The position numbers and the translations under genes were made by a program. From NCBI GenBank assembly GCA_020348885.1, contig CP070755.1, forward strand, positions 1,532,196 through 1,594,646: a stretch of 62,451 bases of DNA, written 5' to 3'. Below the pieces are notes generated by a model, which saw only the letters and a list, made by a program, of their open reading frames with translations, ran no database searches and was not told the origin of the DNA. How positions within the stretch are numbered: the first letter of the stretch is position 1; every line of letters starts with the position of its first letter. Positions 57,795 to 62,451 of the stretch are shown piece after piece. Origin of the DNA: Candidatus Coatesbacteria bacterium. GTDB taxonomy: Bacteria; RBG-13-66-14; B26-G2; WVWN01; G020348885.

Positions 57795-58790
57795 TTACCA
57801 TTCCTGTACGATATGTACTAAATCCCCCGTGATGCCGTCCACGGCGATTATGTCGTTGTTCCAATCTTCTGGATAGGTCTCGGCGACGCCCGGCGTATTC
57901 GTCATTTGATATAACGTGCCGTCCGTTTCAGCGATCCAGATTTCCGAATCGGTTACGTCCATCCAGTGGTCGTCCGTCTCGACGTACAGCACGCCTTCGA
58001 GCCCCGACCCTCCGGAATCAACATACCAGGAAGGATGAGGTAGGGCACCCTCGGCGAGCAAAAGACCCTTACCGTCGGGTTCGAAAAGCCATATTTCGTT
58101 ATCATAGGTAGCGGCGAATATCTGGCCCGTTGGCGTATACTCCGGCGGGTAAAAGCTCTTATTTTCGGCGATAATTCTTGGAGAGCCACCTTCGATCGCG
58201 GCTTCGTAGATTCGACCTTCAAAGTCGGTGAAGGCTACGTAACGGCCGTCAGGCGAAACGTCGATACTGTCCACCTCTAACGTAAACCCCTGCGGAAAAC
58301 TTTGACGATTCCCGTTTTTAAACAAATTACCTTCGGCCATATACCAGAGATTCCCGAACTCATCGTAGACTGGACAGCCACATTCGGAATAAGGCCCCAA
58401 CTTTTTTTGTAATACGCCGTTGTTGTTCAGTAGCAATACCCACACCTCGGTATTGTTGTCGGCCCAAACGGCTATAGTTTCGCCGCCGGGCGAACAGGCT
58501 CCGCCGCGAAAGCATTCATATTTTAGACCCATCTGGACACTGTCGGTTGTCACGGCGCCGTTTTTGCCGAACAAAATGAACTTGTTGCTTAAACCTTTCG
58601 TAAACGCCAGCAGGTTTTCGCCGCACGGGACCATATGGGAATAGGGTTCCGACGGGAAATTGACGGGCACTCCCGTCGTTTCTCCACCGGTTTCAGCGGC
58701 CCGGGTCTCTCCCGCCTTCTTACACGCGAAGAAAACGGCGGAAACCGCGAAAACGGCTAATACGACAACGCCGAACGTAAGGTATCTCAT
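57795..58790 (-). CDS. Lipoprotein with TolB-like beta-propeller
   Basis: Lipobox FFAC; ACSPGGETIAV, DVSPDGRYVAF, P.YTPTG, P.W, EIWIAETDGT..QMTNTPGVAETYP.W. Confidence 0.78.
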   Translation of the reverse strand: MRYLTFGVVVLAVFAVSAVFFACKKAGETRAAETGGETTGVPVNFPSEPYSHMVPCGENLLAFTKGLSNKFILFGKNGAVTTDSVQMGLKYECFRGGACSPGGETIAVWADNNTEVWVLLLNNNGVLQKKLGPYSECGCPVYDEFGNLWYMAEGNLFKNGNRQSFPQGFTLEVDSIDVSPDGRYVAFTDFEGRIYEAAIEGGSPRIIAENKSFYPPEYTPTGQIFAATYDNEIWLFEPDGKGLLLAEGALPHPSWYVDSGGSGLEGVLYVETDDHWMDVTDSEIWIAETDGTLYQMTNTPGVAETYPEDWNNDIIAVDGITGDLVHIVQEW

Positions 58791-58890
58791 CTCGTTACCT
58801 CCTAAAAAGGTTATTTAATACTATAAACGAGGTGAATTCAAGATCCGGAACCGAAACGGACCAGCCGTTCTAACGAATCGTGTTACCCCG

Positions 58891-59787
58891 TTACTGGTAG
58901 GTAGCTTTTATTTCGCCCAGGGACGCCTCTCCCACGCTCGAACCGGTGACGGTGAACGTCCATACCTCGTCTTCGCCCATTTCGTTGCCCAGGCCGTCCG
59001 CCAGCTCTCCGTCCACGGTACAGGTTATCGTAGCGCCCGCGGGTAAGTCGCTATGGGGCGAGAAGGTACAGAGTACGTCGTTGGGGTCCGTGTCGTCAAC
59101 GTCCAGGGTACCGGGTATGTCGGCTTTTGTGCCGTCGTCGGCCGTAAACTCGATAGTATCCGAGTCCACGCCGTAATCGCCGTCCTTGCAGTGGAAGATT
59201 ATGTCCGCGGCCGGGTCGACTCCCGTTTCGCCGTCGGCCGGGTCCTGCTCGTCCACGTAGGGCGGGTCGAAGTCGTCGTCTATTTTAACGCGGACCATCA
59301 GGTCACGAGCCGGGTCCCAATCCCAACCGCCGGGCTGCCAACTATAAGCAAGCCCGTGGTCCGGATTTGTGCTATCCCAACCAAAAAAAGGAGTGTCCAT
59401 ATCGTTATAATCGATACCTACCCAGAACCTATCGCCGCTGGACATCGTCACCCCGAGGTGCGTAAGGTCCACATACTCCGACCAAACCCAAGAGGCCCCT
59501 ACCGCGAACGAGTGCTCAAACGAACCTAGTACGTCTCCCGGAAGGTCCAAGTAAGGGTTATCGGCCCACACTCCTACAAGCTGGGTTCCGCTCGTATTAA
59601 CATAGTACGAAGCGCTAACGATATGGCAGTCGACCGGCGCTTCGAACCACTGAGCGAATCTGAATAATTCGCAGATATAAGAACCTTCCCTCGTATCGTC
59701 GGACTGCTGCAGGATCTGTTCTTCTCTATCCGCAAAAACGGTTACCGCGACCGCGAGAACGATAAAGATTGGAAGTACGTATTTCAT
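58891..59787 (-). CDS. Secreted protein: beta-sandwich N domain + Big_5-like domain + SLGxIKA tail
   Basis: Signal peptide; FAQWF...VGVWAD...FWVGI; PPYVDEQDPADGETGVDP...DGLGN...WTFTV; ends EASLGEIKATYQ. Confidence 0.82.
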   Translation of the reverse strand: MKYVLPIFIVLAVAVTVFADREEQILQQSDDTREGSYICELFRFAQWFEAPVDCHIVSASYYVNTSGTQLVGVWADNPYLDLPGDVLGSFEHSFAVGASWVWSEYVDLTHLGVTMSSGDRFWVGIDYNDMDTPFFGWDSTNPDHGLAYSWQPGGWDWDPARDLMVRVKIDDDFDPPYVDEQDPADGETGVDPAADIIFHCKDGDYGVDSDTIEFTADDGTKADIPGTLDVDDTDPNDVLCTFSPHSDLPAGATITCTVDGELADGLGNEMGEDEVWTFTVTGSSVGEASLGEIKATYQ

Positions 59788-59840
59788 AGTCCCACCTCCC
59801 GCGTATCTATCCCAACCTCGGTTTACCCAAGTAGCAGCTT

Positions 59841-59869
59841 ATTATAGTGTACTATTCTATTTTTACCAA
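59841..59869 (-). promoter_or_regulatory. Putative sigma70 promoter
   Basis: TTGGTA-N17-TATAAT. Confidence 0.45.
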
Positions 59870-60030
59870 ACGAAAAGCGATTCGTGCGTTGTTCTTTATA
59901 ACGGGCTAACTTACGGCAAAACCGCCCGAAACCAGGCGGTCTTAAAAATCCGATAAACGACGACGATAACGACTAACACCGGGGTTTGGTTTTGCGGTCC
60001 GCGGTTTTGATTGCGGGCTCCAAACGGAAC

Positions 60031-60606
60031 TTATCCATAGTAAATCGCAATTATGTACCCGAGAGACCTCTCCACCGGTTTATTGGACGCGTTTACGAAA
60101 TAGCTTGAAGCCGTAAAGTCGAGCCGTTCACTAACGACCCAGTTATCATACCCGCCGAAAGTGTCGTTCGCAAACCCGAAGTCGCAAAGACCTTCGGCAT
60201 AGTAACCGCCGGCCGGAGTTACCATAACGAGCAATGTCATCGGGACGTCTTTTAATATGTACGTGGTACCTTCTTCCGGGTCGCTAACGTCCGTCGTATT
60301 GAAATTGATTTCTAGCAAATCGGCTTCTAAAAACATGTTTTCGCAAGTTGTAGTGAAATCTTCCCGGTCCCACGACTCCGGTATTTCGTAATCCCCTACC
60401 GGAGTCCCTACGTCGTTCGGGTCGAAGTAAAATACGAAGTCATCACTCAGAAGCCCGTCTAGAAGGTAGAGACCGCGCCTGTTGAAGGATTCTTCGACTA
60501 ACTCGAGGGCGTACGCGGGCGTATTACCCTGAGGCGTTATAGCGTTGTTACAGGCTACGAGAGTTGTTAGGATTAGAAGAACCGTCAAAGGTTTGAGAAC
60601 GTTCAT
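60031..60606 (-). CDS. Lipoprotein, NTF2/SnoaL-like fold, with SLG-type tail
   Basis: Lipobox LVAC; ELVEESFN...LLSDDFVFYF...W.REDF....NMF; ends RSLGYIIAIYYG. Confidence 0.75.
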   Translation of the reverse strand: MNVLKPLTVLLILTTLVACNNAITPQGNTPAYALELVEESFNRRGLYLLDGLLSDDFVFYFDPNDVGTPVGDYEIPESWDREDFTTTCENMFLEADLLEINFNTTDVSDPEEGTTYILKDVPMTLLVMVTPAGGYYAEGLCDFGFANDTFGGYDNWVVSERLDFTASSYFVNASNKPVERSLGYIIAIYYG

Positions 60607-60642
60607 AAAACCAACCCCTTCGTTAACGTGGCTAGAAAACGT

Positions 60643-61224
60643 TTAATAAAAACTCGCTAAAATATTACCTAAAGAAGTTGGTGTCCCGGTACTCGATAAC
60701 CCCGCAGAACCCCTCGGCGAAGTATCATCGTACCACTTGCTCACCTTCCAATCGTCGTAACCGGCCGAAGTATCGTTGGTAAACTCGAAGTCGCAAACCC
60801 CATTGGCCGTGAAACCGTTATTTGCGTCTATCATAACTAAGAACCGTATATGGACGTTGTATACTTCGAAAGTCGTAGCCCCTTCCTCCGGGTTTTCGAT
60901 GCCGGTCGTAACGATATCAAAGTTAATCAAATACGCCAGGTCAAACATATTACCGCAAGCCCTCATAAAATAGTCTCGATTCCAGAAGGTAGGTATCATA
61001 TAATCCCCTACGAAAGTACCTATATCGTTCAGGTCGAAGTAAAAGACGAAGTCGGTACTCAGAACACCGTCGAGTACCGAAATAGCTCCCCTGTTGGAAG
61101 ATTCCTCCAGAAGTTCTAGCACGTCTGCGGGGGTGTTGTCACCCTGGGACCGTATTGTGTCTTCGTCGCAGGCTATGAGAGTTGCTATGATGAAGATAAC
61201 GGTTAAAAGAGTTATGGGTCTCAT
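60643..61224 (-). CDS. Lipoprotein, NTF2/SnoaL-like fold, paralogue of 60031-60606, with SLG-type tail
   Basis: Lipobox LIAC; ELLEESSN...VLSTDFVFYF...WNRDYF...GNMF; ends TSLGNILASFY. Confidence 0.75.
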   Translation of the reverse strand: MRPITLLTVIFIIATLIACDEDTIRSQGDNTPADVLELLEESSNRGAISVLDGVLSTDFVFYFDLNDIGTFVGDYMIPTFWNRDYFMRACGNMFDLAYLINFDIVTTGIENPEEGATTFEVYNVHIRFLVMIDANNGFTANGVCDFEFTNDTSAGYDDWKVSKWYDDTSPRGSAGLSSTGTPTSLGNILASFY

Positions 61225-61340
61225 GTCCTAATCTCCTCCTCCGTTAAAACGTACAGCTCATAGACCAGCGCGTCGATCTTGCGGTTCGTGGTTTTGACGG
61301 CGCGCTCGAGGCGGCCGCGGTCCGCGTCACTCCCGGCGGC
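61221..61340 (-). pseudogene. C-terminal remnant of a type IIG (Eco57I/TaqI-like) restriction-modification gene
   Basis: Hand translation: AAGSDADRGRLERAVKTTNRKIDALVYELYVLTEEEIRT-stop, matching the family tail IDxLVYxLYxLTxEEI. Confidence 0.75.
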
Positions 61341-61343
61341 GTA

Positions 61344-61616
61344 TTATAAAACCTTAAAGAACACCAGAACGCCGACCACCACGAACGCGACGCCGGCGAC
61401 CCGGCTGATTAACCCCTGAGGGATATATTCGGACGCGAGACCGCCAAGCAGAACCGCCGCCAACGTCAACAAACCCAGGGCGAGGAACGAACCCGCGAAC
61501 ACGGGAACGGGCTTGCCGGTCTTTGCCGCGAGGGTCAGGGCCATTATCTGCGTTTTGTCGCCCAATTCGGCCAACAAAATTAAACCGAACGACGAAAACA
61601 TTACTTTAAAGTCCAT
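61344..61616 (-). CDS. Half-size TMEM165/GDT1 (UPF0016) Ca2+/Mn2+ transporter
   Basis: LLAELGDKTQIMAL motif, three TM segments, 90 aa. Start set at ATG 61616; the ORF-track N-extension is the RM remnant. Confidence 0.9.
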   Translation of the reverse strand: MDFKVMFSSFGLILLAELGDKTQIMALTLAAKTGKPVPVFAGSFLALGLLTLAAVLLGGLASEYIPQGLISRVAGVAFVVVGVLVFFKVL

Positions 61617-61670
61617 CGGCGGTCCTTTCCGGACCGGTCCCGAAGACCGGCCACTATCTCCCCCCATGCC

Positions 61671-61718
61671 AATCTCCTCGTCCGTCAATCCGTACAGCTT
61701 ATAGACCAGCGCGTCAAT
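61671..61718 (-). pseudogene. Second type IIG RM C-terminal remnant (48 bp repeat with 61230-61277)
   Basis: IDALVYKLYGLTDEEI; 42/48 nt identical to the other copy by manual alignment. Confidence 0.75.
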
Positions 61719-62451
61719 TTGAATCCGGTATCCCGTACTGCGGGTCAAGTTCATGAGCTTTTTTATAACACTCGAGAGCTTCGTCGTATTTCCCCAGACC
61801 GCTAAGAGCCCGACCTTTGTAGTTCCACGCGTACGCGTCGTCTGCGTTAAGCTCCAACGCCTTATCTAAACACTCTATCGCTTCGTCGCATCTGCCCAGA
61901 CCAACAAGGGCGCTGCCTTTGCCGCCCCACGCATACGAGAATTCCGGGTCAAGCTCCAATGCCTTATCTAAACACCCTATCGCTTCATCGTATTCGCCTA
62001 GATAAACAAGGGCAGTGCCTTTGCCGTTCCACGCGTACGCGTCTTCCGGGTTAAGCTCCAACGTTTTATCATAAGACTCTATAGCTTCGTCACATTTGCC
62101 CAGGCCGATAAGGGCGCTGCCTTTGCCGCCCCACGCGCACCAGAATTCCGGGTCAAACTCCAATGCTTTATCGAAACACTCTACCGCCTCATCATATTCG
62201 CCTAGCTCGACAAGGGCGGCGCCTTTGCCGTTCCACGCGTACGCGTCTCCCGGGTTAAGCTCAAGCGCTTTGTCGTAACACTCGATCGCTTCATCACATT
62301 TGCCCAGGCCGACAAGGGCGCTGCCTTTGCCGCCCCACGCGTACCAGAATTCCGGGTCAAACTCCAAGGCTTTATCTAAACACTTTACCGCTTCATTATA
62401 TTCGCCCAGATAGACAAGGGCGGCGCCTTTGCCGTTCCACGCGTACGCGTC
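61714..62451 (-). CDS. TPR-repeat protein, C-terminal part (runs off window end)
   Basis: Frame open to 62451. Alternating repeats FWYAWGGKGSALVGLGKCDEAI and AYAWNGKG.AL..LGEYDEA with 204 bp DNA periodicity (GCGTACGCGTC at 61829, 62033, 62237, 62441). Confidence 0.92.
   Translation of the reverse strand, partial: DAYAWNGKGAALVYLGEYNEAVKCLDKALEFDPEFWYAWGGKGSALVGLGKCDEAIECYDKALELNPGDAYAWNGKGAALVELGEYDEAVECFDKALEFDPEFWCAWGGKGSALIGLGKCDEAIESYDKTLELNPEDAYAWNGKGTALVYLGEYDEAIGCLDKALELDPEFSYAWGGKGSALVGLGRCDEAIECLDKALELNADDAYAWNYKGRALSGLGKYDEALECYKKAHELDPQYGIPDSN

Noticed and set aside
61221-61718. Integron cassette array
   Set aside because: No attC-like GTTRRRY/RYYYAAC inverted structure and no intI were seen; the repeats are coding tails.
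61344-61754. 136-aa fusion of an RM tail to TMEM165 as given in the ORF track
   Set aside because: The N-terminal part is the RM remnant read in frame; the transporter is complete from ATG 61616 and matches half-size family members.

Overview
A 62.5 kb GC-rich chromosomal window from a diderm, LPS-producing bacterium (kdsA, kdsD, lptC). FG-GAP proteins with T9SS-type C-terminal domains suggest an FCB-associated or candidate lineage; this is inference and untested. I found no rRNA, tRNA, CRISPR array or intact transposase. Housekeeping blocks: glgA-galT-nrdR-lptC-kdsD-kdsA; udg-coaBC-gmk-tsaC-purE-purD-purH-dCMP deaminase-purM-purF; purC; an orphan mreD. These alternate with accessory regions rich in secreted proteins. 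Main observations: (1) Ten exported proteins of at least four different N-terminal types, including a tandem array at 30-39 kb, end in the same short motif S-[LFV]-G-x-I-[KIL]-A-x-[FY]. It never co-occurs with the T9SS-type CTD and looks like a second C-terminal sorting signal. (2) A translationally coupled, signal-less gluzincin metallopeptidase and ComEC-type MBL hydrolase with large insertions (45.8-48.8 kb) form a candidate protease-activated nuclease defence module. (3) At two sites, cargo genes (TPR, TMEM165/GDT1) are bracketed by duplicated 3' tails of other genes: a 97 bp purH tail and 48 bp tails of a type IIG restriction-modification gene. (4) Smaller items are a paralogue split by two in-frame TGA codons at a domain boundary, a deleted sufS pseudogene, and a mirrored four-hairpin REP-like element.
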